Shown: positions 35,900 to 49,656, counted from the first letter of the stretch. The stretch: DNA of 61,083 nucleotides from Nemertoderma westbladi (GCA_032718475.1 JAUCBJ010001536.1:1-61083), one strand, 5' to 3'. Numbers and translations are program-made. The notes: generated from the sequence alone by a model not told the origin.

Positions 35900-37935
35900 G
35901 TTATGTACTTATGTGTTTAGTATGAATCAATTGATACATACGCTTCGTGTTTATGTGCTTATGTGTTCAGTATGAATCAATTGATACATAAGCTTCGTGT
36001 TTATGTGCTTATGTGTTCAGTGTGAATCAATTGATACATAAGCTTCGTGTTTATGTGCTTATGTAAATTTTTTATGTGCTTATGTGCTCAGTGTGAATCA
36101 ATTGATACATAAGCTTCGTGTTTATGTGCTTATGTAAATTTGGTTATGTACTTATGTGTTCAGTGTGAATCAATTGATACATAAGCTTCGTGTTTATGTG
36201 CTTATGTAAATTTTTTATGTGCTTATGTGTTCAGTGTGAATCAATTGATACATAAGCTTCGTGTTTATGTGCTTATGTAAATTTGGTTATGTACTTATGT
36301 GTTCAGTATGAATCAATTGATACATAAGCTTCGTGTTTATGTGCTTATGTACTTATGTGTTCAGTATGAATCAATTGATACATAAGCTTCGTGTTTATGT
36401 GCTTATGTAAATTTGGTTATGTACTTATGTGTTCAGTATGAATCAATTGATACATAAGCTTCGTGTTTATGTGCTTATGTAAATTTGGTTATGTACTTAT
36501 GTGTTCAGTATGAATCAATTGATACATAAGCTTCGTGTTTATGTGCTTATGTAAATTTGGTTATGTACTTATATGTTCAGTATGAATCAATTGATACATA
36601 AGCTTCGTGTTTATGTGCTTATGTAAATTTTTTATGTGCTTATGTGTTCAGTGTGAATCAATTGATACATAAGCTTCGTGTTTATGTGCTTTTGTAAATT
36701 TGGTTATGTACTTATATGTTCAGTATGAATCAATTGATACATAAGCTTCGTGTTTATGTGCTTATGTAAATTTTTTATGTGCTTATGTGTTCAGTGTGAA
36801 TCAATTGATACATAAGCTTCGTGTTTATGTGCTTATGTGTTCAGTATGAATCAATTGATACATAAGCTTCGTGTTTATGTGCTTATGTAAATTTGGTTAT
36901 GTACTTATGTGTTCAGTATGAATCAATTGATACATAAGCTTCGTGTTTATGTGCTTATGTAAATTTGGTTATGTACTTATGTGTTCAGTATGAATCAATT
37001 GATACATAAGTTTCGTGTTTATGTGCTTATGTAAATTTGGTTATGTACTTATATGTTCAGTATGAATCAATTGATACATAAGCTTCGTGTTTATGTGCTT
37101 ATGTAAATTTTTTATGTGCTTATGTGTTCAGTGTGAATCAATTGATACATAAGCTTCGTGTTTATGTGCTTATGTGTTCAGTATGAATCAATTGATACAT
37201 AAGCTTCGTGTTTATGTGCTTATGTAAATTTGGTTATGTACTTATGTGTTCAGTATGAATCAATTGATACATAAGCTTCGTGTTTATGTGCTTATGTAAA
37301 TTTGGTTATGTACTTATGTGTTCAGTATGAATCAATTGATACATAAGCTTCGTGTTTATGTGCTTATGTAAATTTGGTTATGTACTTATGTGTTCAGTAT
37401 GAATCAATTGATACATAAGCTTCGTGTTTATGTGCTTATGTAAATTTGGTTATGTACTTATGTGTTCAGTATGAATCAATTGATACATAAGCTTCGTGTT
37501 TATGTGCTTATGTAAATTTGGTTATGTACTTATATGTTCAGTATGAATCAATTGATACATAAGCTTCGTGTTTATGTGCTTATGTAAATTTGGTTATGTA
37601 CTTATGTGTTCAGTATGAATCAATTGATACATAAGCTTCGTGTTCGTGTTTATGTGCTTATGTGTTCAGTATGAATCAATTGATACATAAGCTTCGTGTT
37701 TATGTGCTTATATAAATTTGGTTATGTACTTATGTGTTCAGTGTGAATCAATTGATACATAAGCTTCGTGTTTATGTGCTTATGTAAATTTGGTTATGTA
37801 CTTATATGTTCAGTATGAATCAATTGATACATAAGCTTCGTGTTTATGTGCTTATGTGTTCAGTATGAATCAATTGATACATAAGCTTCGTGTTTATGTG
37901 CTTATGTAAATTTTGTTATGTACTTATGTGATGTA
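35900..37935. repeat. 72/50-bp two-variant tandem array, ~30 units
   Basis: Core atgaatcaattgatacataagcttcgtgtttatgtgcttatg with optional taaatttggttatgtacttatg module. Confidence 0.97.
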
Positions 37936-38344
37936 TTTATGTGTTATTCTTCTTTGATTCTATCTTAATATCTTAATTATATCTTACGTGCGCAATGTGA
38001 ACCGGGCTTTACGGTTCAGCAGTTCTATCTTATGTGTGCAGTGTGAACCGGGCTTTACGGTTCAGCAGTTCTATCTTAAAAGTTTTATCTTAGAATTAAC
38101 ATACGTGACATTAAAGTCCTATATCCTATTTTTTAGAAAATAGGATATAATATTCACTTTTAATTAGAAACTCTATTCCCGTAAAGTATGTTATATTTTT
38201 ATAAATCGGCTAAAGATGACAGTTTGTGGAATAGAATCCAATAATATACTATCATTACATCACTAGAAATCGTAGCTACCAGATTGCACGTCACCTAGCA
38301 ATCATTCATATTATCAAGGAAGTTCCAGGCGGAAAGCGAATTCT

Positions 38345-38742
38345 GAGTATGAATAGTAGCGCAAATATAAAAATAAAAATATAAATAATAAAAAAATAAT
38401 AAAAATAAAATAATAAAAATATATTATATTATATATGACCAGACGTTTCGATATATTACTTATATCATTTTCAATGGAATATATGTAGAACAAAATACAA
38501 ATTATTCTAAATACTAAAGTACACTAGGCCGGTACACGGAATAACAAGTAAGCTGAATTAGTAAATATAGAGGTAGGTACATTCCAATATACACCAGCAA
38601 TACAAGCAACTGTATTTGGAATAATTTGTATTTTGTTCTACATATATTCCATTGAAAAGGATATAAGTAATATATCGAAACGTCTGGTTCAATTTAATAC
38701 GATGATTTTTCCTGTTGCACTTGCGCTACTATTCATACTCAG
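38345..38742. repeat. Inverted repeat pair, possibly Penelope-like element termini
   Basis: 38437-38507 is the near-perfect reverse complement of 38620-38688 (gacgtttcg/cgaaacgtc); outer arms gagtatgaatagtagcgcaa / ttgcgctactattcatactc. Confidence 0.6.
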
Positions 38743-39552
38743 CATTCATATTATTATATATTTTAATAATACACCAATACACCATCTAACGACCTTCACA
38801 GAAAAGGAGAGGGAAATTCAAATATTATCACCCCGCCATTCGTCAGTCTGTCTGTCTCGGAAATGTTTTTTATAGTGATACCAGGATACTGTGATAGAGG
38901 TGTTTTAATTACTCACTGCAGTATCAGTTACGGGAGATCCGAGCTACTGATCAGCCGGTAGTACAGTACAGCAGTAGTAGGCCTACTGAGTTAGTTAGTG
39001 CTATGCAGCTATGGCTATGAGGCTTGAAGCCTAATAATAGTCTATCTATTACCGGTATTCTAACTGCAGTATATATGTGCTGATTGCCTGACTGATGACG
39101 CTGACGGTTGATAGAATCAACCGCCAGACCGCACCGACAACCAGACGAGTCACTTTACAGGCAGACGTGTCTCGCGTGTCTCTTTAAACTGTAAAGATAA
39201 CGACGAAAGTACGAAGAAGGTGGAAGGTCTAGGTCCTACTGCTGTACTGCTGTACTGTATTTATGTTGGCCTTCAGCAGTTCCTTCCTTCTAATCTAATC
39301 TACTGATCTATCATGCTGTCATGTAGCATTGACCTTCAGCATCCATTCAGTACAGTATATCTAGATAGGTTGAGTTCCTATACAATATAGATAGGTTAAG
39401 CGTTAAGCTCAAACTTTACCGTATAGACTTAAGGGTTATACAATTTCTGAATTTGTTTAACTTCCTGACTTCTGCAACTGGTAGTTTTATTATATAGCTG
39501 TATAGGCCTATTCCACACTAGTTCATCTATCTTGTTAATAAACTTTGCTAAT

Positions 39553-40145
39553 ATGTGGGATAACAATGATGATTGGTCGAATGCTGGAGGTCAGTCTTCC
39601 CGTGGTGGTGGCGGCGGTTTCGGTGGCGGCGGTGGCGGTTTCGGAGGGGCGGGGTTCGGCGGTGGCGGTGGGTTCACCAGCGGTGGCGGTGGGTTCACCG
39701 GCGGTGGCTTCTCCTCCCCCGACGTGAGCAGCTCCCAAGGCGGCAGTAAACGCCCAGCCTCGAGCACCGGGCGCCCCCAACAGAACGTCCTACCGGTGAC
39801 CGCGGCGATCTGCTGGCTGGCTGACCCCGGGAGCGAGCAGTTCAGCTACAACGACATCGATATCAACCAGGTAACGATAGTGGGAATAGCGAGGCACGTC
39901 GAAGAAAAGAACACGTGTTACACGTTCAAGGTAGACGATATGACGGGGCCGCCGATAGACGTGAAGCAGTGGTTGGATGCGGACGAAGGGCCGGCCAATC
40001 AGAGCCCGGTTGAGGAGGGGGTCTATGTGCGGGTCACCGGCCATCTGCGCTCCTTCCAGCAGCAACGGAATATAGTCGCGTTTAATGCGACCCCAGTGGC
40101 CGATATGAATGAGGTCTCTTTGCATATAATAGAGGTGATACACAG
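39553..40145 (+). CDS. RPA2: Replication protein A 32-kDa subunit, exon 1 (Gly-rich N-term, OB fold)
   Basis: MW...GGGFSSP..SQ, QVTIVGI, DDMTGPPIDVKQW, YVRVTGHLRSFQ, DMNEVSLHIIEVI; donor AG|GTGGGT. Confidence 0.96.
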
Positions 40146-40639
40146 GTGGGTGGAGTACTTATTATTAACCCACGGCAGCACGGGGCAACAACAAATCTAC
40201 GCCAATTAGTTTTTTTTCGAAAAATTCACAAATATTAGCGATTTTATCCAATATCAACCAGTGGATATATTCACTTGGCGAATGTCGATTATTTACGGTG
40301 TAGCCCTTCCCTTCAGTATGTATTCAGATTATAAATTTATTGTATAATATATTTTCAGTTAAACTTAACTTTCAATTAATTGCAACCACACGTTACTAAT
40401 TAATAGTTCATTACTTTGGAATTTGGGTGGGTTAAATGTGTTAAACATAAAAACTAAGGGGAAATTTAATCTGGCTTAACATTAACGGCATAATATTTAA
40501 TAGTCGGTGATTGTTTCACTACCGGCAAACTTGGAGGCTCGCCCCATAAAAACTCAAATTAAAAACTCAAATAAAATACTATAAGCGACAATCAGACTCA
40601 TTTGAACTCATCTTACAATCTATTCTTTAACCTTTTCAG

Positions 40640-40982
40640 CTTCGCTTCTCTGAGGAAAAGGAAAAGAGATCTCGAATCCAAGATCCAACAGGGGGTGGTT
40701 GGAGGGGGGCTGGGGGGCCAGCAGGGGGGACTGGGGGGCCACCCTGGGGGACTGGGGGGCGGCGGTGGGAACAACGTCGGACTCAGCGGTATCCATAACG
40801 ACGTATACCAGATAATCACCAGTCTGGGATCCGGGAACCCAGCCGGCATATCGGTACAACAGATGAAGGACCACCTTCAAGGAAGGACCGAGCCGCAGAT
40901 ACGTAAAGCTATTGAATTCCTAAGCGACGAAGGTCACATTTACTCAACTATAGATGACGATCACTTTAGTTCCTGTGGCTGA
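40640..40982 (+). CDS. RPA2: RPA2 exon 2 (linker, winged helix)
   Basis: ttttcAG acceptor, phase 2; IRKAIEFLSDEGHIYSTIDDDHF; TGA 40980-82. Confidence 0.96.
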
Positions 40983-41539
40983 CACCCTTTACACTCGGAG
41001 TTCATAAACACTTTATATCACTGCCTTCATCTACTCACGGATAAATAAACTCTTTATTTCACTGCCTCCATCAACTCGCGTGCTCATAAACACTTTATTA
41101 CACCGCATGAAGTTTCGCTACTCGTAAAGAGACAATCGTGAGTTAATAAATTGGCAGTATTTCTCCCGCCACTATCAGGATTTACTTTATAGATCACAGA
41201 CATAAATATTAAATTTAACCTATTATATTTTGTTGTATAATTTCATGGAACTTATGACAGGTCTGTTTATTTACAGTATGTACACAATAACCGTGCAATG
41301 TATGGAATGTGAATTGTTTTGAACTGTGAACATATAAATAATGTGCTTTAAATAATAGCGGATAGATATACGAGGTTTTCAAACTTCTTCCAAAGGTTTG
41401 ATTAAATACATGTCATGTCAAAGAAAACTAATGGAACCGCTGTAACGATAGATATAAACTTGGGTACATTTTGTGTTGCTCTTAAGATATGGAGAGGAGA
41501 TGATATGTTACGAAGTGGATTTAGTGATTAGAAAATTTG

Positions 41540-44500
41540 CGATTTACTTCTAACTAACTAACTGTGATTTACTGCTAACTAACTAACTGTGATTTACTGC
41601 TAACTAACTAACTGTGGTTTACTGCTAACTAACTAACTGTGATTTACTGCTAACTAACTAACTAACTGTGATTTACTGCTAACTAACTAACTGTGGTTTA
41701 CTGCTAACTAACTAACTGTGATTTACTGCTAACTAACTAACTAACTGTGATTTACTGCTAACTAACTAACTGTGATTTACTGCTAACTAACTAACTGTGA
41801 TTTACTGCTAACTAACTAACTGTGATTTACTGCTAACTAACTAACTGTGATTTACTGCTAACTAACTAACTGTGATTTACTGCTAACTAACTAACTAACT
41901 GTGATTTACTGCTAACTAACTAACTGTGGTTTACTGCTAACTAACTAACTGTGGTTTACTGCTAACTAACTAACTGTGATTTACTGCTAACTAACTAACT
42001 GTGATTTACTGCTAACTAACTAACTAACTGTGATTTACTGCTAACTAACTAACTGTGGTTTACTGCTAACTAACTAACTGTGGTTTACTGCTAACTAACT
42101 AACTGTGATTTACTGCTAACTAACTAACTGTGATTTACTGCTAACTAACTAACTAACTGTGATTTACTGCTAACTAACTAACTGTGGTTTACTGCTAACT
42201 AACTAACTGTGGTTTACTGCTAACTAACTAACTGTGATTTACTGCTAACTAACTAACTGTGATTTACTGCTAACTAACTAACTAACTAACTGTGATTTAC
42301 TGCTAACTAACTAACTGTGGTTTACTGCTAACTAACTAACTGTGATTTACTGCTAACTAACTAACTGTGATTTACTGCTAACTAACTAACTAACTGTGAT
42401 TTACTGCTAACTAACTAACTGTGGTTTACTGCTAACTAACTAACTGTGGTTTACTGCTAACTAACTAACTGTGATTTACTGCTAACTAACTAACTAACTG
42501 TGATTTACTGCTAACTAACTAACTGTGGTTTACTGCTAACTAACTAACTGTGATTTACTGCTAACTAACTAACTGTGGTTTACTGCTAACTAACTAACTG
42601 TGATTTACTGCTAACTAACTAACTAACTGTGATTTACTGCTAACTAACTAACTGTGATTTACTGCTAACTACTAACTAACTGTGATTTACTGCTAACTAA
42701 CTAACTGTGATTTACTGCTAACTAACTAACTGTGGTTTACTGCTAACTAACTAACTGTGGTTTACTGCTAACTAACTAACTGTGATTTACTGCTAACTAA
42801 CTAACTGTGATTTACTGCTAACTAACTAACTGTGATTTACTGCTAACTAACTAACTGTGATTTACTGCTAACTAACTAACTAACTGTGATTTACTGCTAA
42901 CTAACTAACTGTGGTTTACTGCTAACTAACTAACTGTGGTTTACTGCTAACTAACTAACTGTGGTTTACTGCTAACTAACTAACTGTGATTTACTGCTAA
43001 CTAACTAACTGTGATTTACTGCTAACTAACTAACTAACTGTGATTTACTGCTAACTAACTAACTGTGGTTTACTGCTAACTAACTAACTGTGATTTACTG
43101 CTAACTAACTAACTAACTGTGATTTACTGCTAACTAACTAACTGTGGTTTACTGCTAACTAACTAACTGTGATTTACTGCTAACTAACTAACTGTGATTT
43201 ACTGCTAACTAACTAACTAACTGTGATTTACTGCTAACTAACTAACTGTGGTTTACTGCTAACTAACTAACTGTGATTTACTGCTAACTAACTAACTAAC
43301 TGTGATTTACTGCTAACTAACTAACTGTGGTTTACTGCTAACTAACTAACTGTGGTTTACTGCTAACTAACTAACTGTGATTTACTGCTAACTAACTAAC
43401 TGTGATTTACTGCTAACTAACTAACTGTGATTTACTGCTAACTAACTAACTGTGGTTTACTGCTAACTAACTAACTGTGGTTTACTGCTAACTAACTAAC
43501 TGTGATTTACTGCTAACTAACTAACTGTGATTTACTGCTAACTAACTAACTAACTGTGATTTACTGCTAACTAACTAACTGTGGTTTACTGCTAACTAAC
43601 TAACTGTGATTTACTGCTAACTAACTAACTAACTGTGATTTACTGCTAACTAACTAACTGTGGTTTACTGCTAACTAACTAACTGTGATTTACTGCTAAC
43701 TAACTAACTGTGATTTACTGCTACTAACTAACTAACTGTGATTTACTGCTAACTAACTAACTGTGGTTTACTGCTAACTAACTAACTGTGATTTACTGCT
43801 AACTAACTAACTAACTGTGATTTACTGCTAACTAACTAACTGTGGTTTACTGCTAACTAACTAACTGTGGTTTACTGCTAACTAACTAACTGTGATTTAC
43901 TGCTAACTAACTAACTAACTGTGATTTACTGCTAACTAACTAACTGTGGTTTACTGCTAACTAACTAACTGTGGTTTACTGCTAACTAACTAACTGTGGT
44001 TTACTGCTAACTAACTAACTGTGATTTACTGCTAACTAACTAACTAACTGTGATTTACTGCTAACTAACTAACTGTGGTTTACTGCTAACTAACTAACTG
44101 TGGTTTACTGCTAACTAACTAACTGTGATTTACTGCTAACTAACTAACTGTGATTTACTGCTAACTAACTAACTAACTGTGATTTACTGCTAACTAACTA
44201 ACTGTGGTTTACTGCTAACTAACTAACTGTGGTTTACTGCTAACTAACTAACTGTGATTTACTGCTAACTAACTAACTAACTGTGATTTACTGCTAACTA
44301 ACTAACTGTGGTTTACTGCTAACTAACTAACTGTGGTTTACTGCTAACTAACTAACTGTGATTTACTGCTAACTAACTAACTGTGATTTACTGCTAACTA
44401 ACTAACTAACTGTGATTTACTGCTAACTAACTAACTGTGATTTACTGCTAACTAACTAACTGTGATTTACTGCTAACTAACTAACTGTGATTTACTGCTA

Positions 44501-44948
44501 ACTAACTAACTGTGATTTACTGCTAACTAACTAACTGTGGTTTACTGCTAACTAACTAACTGTGATTTACTGCTAACTAACTAACTGTGATTTACTGCTA
44601 ACTAACTAACTAACTGTGATTTACTGCTAACTAACTAACTGTGGTTTACTGCTAACTAACTAACTGTGGTTTACTGCTAACTAACTAGCTGTGGTTTACT
44701 GCTAACTAACTAACTGTGATTTACTGCTAACTAACTAACTAACTGTGATTTACTGCTAACTAACTAACTGTGATTTACTGCTAACTAACTAACTGTGATT
44801 TACTGCTAACTAACTAACTGTGATTTACTGCTAACTAACTAACTGCGATTTACTGCTAACTAACTAACTGTGATTTACTGCTAACTAACTAACTGTGGTT
44901 TACTGCTAACTAACTAACTGTGGTTTACTGCTAACTAACTAATTAACT
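41540..44948. repeat. 25/29-bp minisatellite, ~130 units
   Basis: Unit gtg(a/g)tttactgct(aact)3-4. Confidence 0.98.
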
Positions 44949-45447
44949 ACACCCATTGATTTCAAATGGAACAGTAATGACTCCAAAATCACATGCGACT
45001 GTCGACCTTTCGTTAAGGGGGGAGGGGGGGGGTTCACCGAGAAGGGTAAATAACATTTAGTTATCATAAAAAGTAATAAAGTAAACGTAAACGTAAGTGA
45101 ACGTATGAGAAACACGGTCCCCTAGAGGCAACCCGAAGGCTGTTACCTGAAGGGCAGGGAGGGAGGGCGCCACGCCACACTAACTCCCACGGTCCAATAA
45201 TTTCAGTATCCAACCCTTTTCTTTACTCCCACAGCATATGCCAGGTTCCCAATAGTAACGAGGTGTTGGCAATTTAGCTGGGTGGGCCGAAGCTGGTTCT
45301 TTAGTATTAACAGATTAACCATTATTCCATGTTTTATGGTTGTATTGGTTAATAAACCAATGCCCAGAGGATTTAAATTGCTTTGAATCGAATGTGAGTA
45401 CATCGAAACATTATTAGTTAGTTATAGTTATAGGTAACAATAGTAAC

Positions 45448-45722
45448 CTGGTTAGTTTCTGTTTGTTCAATCGCAACTCAGCTAGTTTATCAGACATATC
45501 AGTGTACTCATCCATGGCGAGTTTCTTCTGTTGGTTGGCGTCCCGTAAGTCCTTCGCCATGATCTTTACTCTCTCCTGTAGTTCGTTAACAATAATCTCC
45601 AGTTGTCCCTTCTCCTTACTGAGTTCGGTCTCAGGGTCCCCCCTACGCAAGGAGGTCCTGGACGACCGTCTGGATTCCTCCGTACGCGCGGAACGTTCTG
45701 CTTCTAAACTGCGTTCCAACGA
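45448..45722 (-). CDS. CDC42BPA: MRCK/CDC42BP/genghis khan kinase, coiled-coil exon
   Basis: attgcAG / GTTACT; DLRDANQQKKLAMDEYTDMSDKLAELRLNKQKLTR resembles MRCK LKDAH.QRKLAMQEF.E.NERL.EL..QKQKL.R. Confidence 0.82.
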
Positions 45723-45939
45723 CTGCAATGCAATGTAACACGGTCCTATATAACTAAGAAGCACATGAAATAATTTCTTATTTTCAACGGATAAGGATAT
45801 TTTGGATTTAGTATTTAAATGAAAAACAGATTGTGTCGATCTGAAAATCACACCTGCAATTTAAGAGGTCACTTCAGGTGACCTGTTAGGCTGTAGTAGG
45901 TCATGCAATCTATATTGCGTATCCATATAAACAAATTGT

Positions 45940-46160
45940 TCCAGAACATTGTGTATTTATTAAAATTTAATAATGGCCTACAGAGAACGATAATTCTTGC
46001 AATTTTTGAACGCCTATATCTCAGCTGTTCCTCAACGAAATTCAGATATTGTTACATATTTGGAATCCTTGCAACGCAAGCTTTCTATTGATATGAAAAA
46101 TATTACGACTAATGTGAAGAATGGCCACGATACGGATGGTGTGATTTCGCAAAAGACAGT
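45940..46160. mobile_element. Partial copy of the long TIR of the 14773-16214 element
   Basis: Co-linear with 15815-16050; a further short piece of the same TIR at 51371-51404. Confidence 0.8.
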
Positions 46161-48800
46161 TTTTTAAAACGCTTATAAAGGTGAAGGAAGACCAACCAGA
46201 ACCCCCCAAACAAAACCGAAAAGGCAAAGAAAGATAGCAAAAAGTCGTCACAGAAAACATGGAAGAAAGAGATATGCAGGCCATTTAAAACAAGACATGG
46301 CACCTTTACAGATTCAAGCTTAGAAGTCACTGGCAATAGCATCACAAACAAACATGAAACTTCTCAATCATCAAATGTGGTTGAAGCAGAGATCCTAACT
46401 GCCCCCTCAGTTCCAAATCCTCAAACCATTGATGATATTGAAACCAGTAGATCAACATGGAAAATGAGTAACACTAAACATTTCATATCTACAAATATGA
46501 ACAAGCCACTTATCCTCACAAAACAGGTTTGAGGCATTGGGTAATGGGTAATGATACAAATTTTGCTCTCATAATTATTAAGCAACAAGCTGAGCTGTTA
46601 ATGCACTTCAAGCGTTTGGAAATTACAAAAGACAAGTGGATTGGGTCTCAAAAGTCACGAAAGACGATGTTGCTAATGAGCAACAAACTCTCATAGTATC
46701 AGGTCTGCCTTCTAACAGTAAACCTAAGTCAATCTCAGATTTATACTTTCTCCAGATTGGCAAACGGCCTTTAAATGTGCGTGTCATTGGTGCTAAATAC
46801 CAAACTAAGATCGCATTAAAGTAGACGCTGATGATATTTCAGATTTTTCACAGCCCAGCTTCTGGCCACGTTGTAGTGTGAAAGTTAAAGAAAGTGACTG
46901 TGACATGTGTCTGGATCCTGTGTCTGGTTGTAATAAAACCTGCTTAAACATCAATAAATATCATAAAAACACAAATCCAGTCACATCAGAAGCTGGTGGA
47001 ATACCATTGTAGTCCTAGACCAGGACAAAGAAGGACCCAATGTCTGAACATCATGATGCTATCTAGACACAGTTCGACTCTGTTGCCTACACCAGACCAT
47101 AATTACGTCTCCAAGTTTAACCACATAATAAGGGCAGTTGAACTGTTATGTCTCTGCTCAAAACCTGTTAAAGCTCTTGCGACTAAAAATTCACATTTTA
47201 TTAGCAAGGCGATGTTCTACTCCAAAGCAATAGAAAGGAGCAAGTATTTTGCAAGCATTCTCCAATCAATGCGGTATTCAAACTAGAATATAATATATAT
47301 AATAAGTAATTCATATATAAAATATATAAAATATGTAATAATATATGTATGTATGTTATTGTGCCCGTGCTATTTGTGAAATATTTGTCAATAAATTTAT
47401 ATATATATAATATAAATAATATTAAATATAATATATATTAAATATTATATTAATTAATATTAATTTTTTTTAATTAGTTAATATTAATTATAATATATAA
47501 TTAATATATTTATATTATGATAATATGTAATAAATATATATAATAAGTAATTCTAACTTGTGGAAAAAAAGCAAAACGGCATTAAAAACCTGTAAGATTT
47601 TAACACAACTCATGATTGCAACATTTAAGAAAGGGGAGACGAGAAGGCAGGACATATATTTAAGACATTAAATGATGCTGCAAGGGCACATATACCGATG
47701 ATATTTCCAAAAAGAGATAAATGGAAACGTGCCTAGATTATTACACACCCATGCTGCAAGTAATATGAAGTTAGACAAGCCACAGAATGCTTCGCTAAAA
47801 TCAGGGAACCACATAGATCAACTCGAATATAAGAAATTAAAGATCCATCTAGAACAGCAAGCTTACTGGCAACATATAAGAAACTTAACAAACAAATGTG
47901 CTTCAAACCGCATCAAATTCTGGAATACACTGAAGGCAGACGATAGGATGGAAATGCCTATGTCTAATGGGGACAATCTAGTTTGGTCATTATAAAAACC
48001 GTTTTAGCCCAGAAGGATCTAATGGAAGAAGATGGACTCCCAAGGACTCTTCGATTGAAGGATTTGAGAGATACCCAATGTATTTCAATGTAAATGATGT
48101 AAAAAGTGCTATACTCAGACTTCGTCATGGGAAGGCGGCTGATAGTGACTGTCTTGCATCTGAACACTTATATCATTCACATACAACATTACTGTATTTT
48201 GGGAATATCTATCTACCGCAAACCTGCACAGTTTGGACCGCGTTAAGGCGTCATTTCTTAAAAAGACACTTGGTGTCCATAAAAACACTTTAAATCGTCT
48301 TGTTTTTGCAATGTGCAAGGAGAATTACCTTGTAGAAGATATTGCAACACAGTTCCATCTCCCTGACACCGACGCACTGCGCCAATACCGTGCTAAAGTC
48401 GCAACAAAAATCGACGACATCCCTCATGACTTCTGGACTTCACCAGCCTTCCAGTCGCGAGGGTGGACCGTTGCTATGAATAAATTGCGTCACGTAACTA
48501 CGAGAGTGTCTATACACGGTTTTCACCATAAAATCTGCAAAACTCAGGGCTTTCACTCCCCTTGTGCCTCGTGCCGCTGTAATCTTTGTGATAACGTTGC
48601 CCCCTTGTACCACCTACTAAACTGCCCACAAAACGCGCAGCCAATCAGAGTGTGGGCCGCCTCAGACTGAATAATGTGCTAGACTGATACCATTTAAATT
48701 AATTAATTTATTTATATTATGAATTTGAATTTCATTTATATATTGTTTTATTGTTTATATATATTTTACTGTGCCATACCAGACGTAATTAAATTAAATT
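46160..48800 (+). mobile_element. Degraded non-LTR retrotransposon (RT core deleted, C-terminal CCHC finger retained)
   Basis: DVKSAILRLRHGKAADSDCLASEHL pre-RT motif; FLKKTLGVHKNT.N; CNLC...YHLLNC zinc finger; 5' boundary uncertain. Confidence 0.65.
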
Positions 48801-48859
48801 CATCATTCACTTTCGGATGAACCTTATAGATTTCTGGTTAGCAGGTATAGAAGGCAACA

Positions 48860-49656
48860 AATATACTAAATACAGGACTTTTCCCAGATGAATTTGCTGT
48901 TAGTTTGATCCTACCTCAGCTAAAAAGTGGGAGTCGTGATATTCGGAACAATTGCAGTTACCGGGGAATCTCAGTGATTTCAATATTGGCCAAGGTATGG
49001 GATGTTATGATAGTCACTGACATTAAATCCTTACAAACCTATAATCTCCAAATGGGATGTCACGATGTAGATCGGAAGTGCGACACTCTGTAGCAAACAC
49101 ATTAATTAAGTTCTTTAATAATAGCGGATCAGCCGGCAACAATGCAAAACATCATAGACCACAATTCATAATTGAGGTTGACTATGTTCTACGCATGTCC
49201 TTAGATCATCATAATGATGATGGGGTGATAGTAACTCCACCTACTGGCTCCAGAAGTCGAGGAAATCCTGCCAAGTACCTAACTGATCTAGACATTACTG
49301 ATGACTTAGGAGTACTTTCAGAATCACTAGAGGGAGCCCAACGGCTCCTCAGCTCATTAGAACATGCTGCTTCTAGTGTTGGTCTTTGTATTAACTTCAA
49401 AAAGACCAAAATTTTGACAGTTAACTTTGAAAGTTCTCAGCAAGTCTCTGACCGGATGAGCATAGTTCAGTCAGTGCATAATCTTGTAGTTTGGCAGCCT
49501 CATGGAGTGAATAAGCATGGTGGACAGCCTATGACTTTCTTGAGACGCACATTAAAGGACACTGGCCTTGAAGATGCGGATGATCTAGCAAATATCATGG
49601 GTGATAGGGAGTTGTGGTGGTGCAATTTTGTCGACAAGCCGGCACAGCATTCTTAA
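48860..49656 (+). mobile_element. LINE RT fragments (two pieces, second RTE-like)
   Basis: FPDEF...ILPQLKSG...YRGISVISILAKVWD; FIIEVDYVLR...LTDLDITDD (degenerate FADD)...VGLCINFKKTK; LVVWQP...MGDRELW. Confidence 0.75.

Noticed and set aside
41540-44948. Telomeric repeat
   Set aside because: (TTAG)3-4 interrupted by a fixed spacer, no TTAGGG/TTAGG runs
24895-45448. MRCK-RSPH4/6 in-frame fusion
   Set aside because: Splice phases incompatible (2 versus 1)
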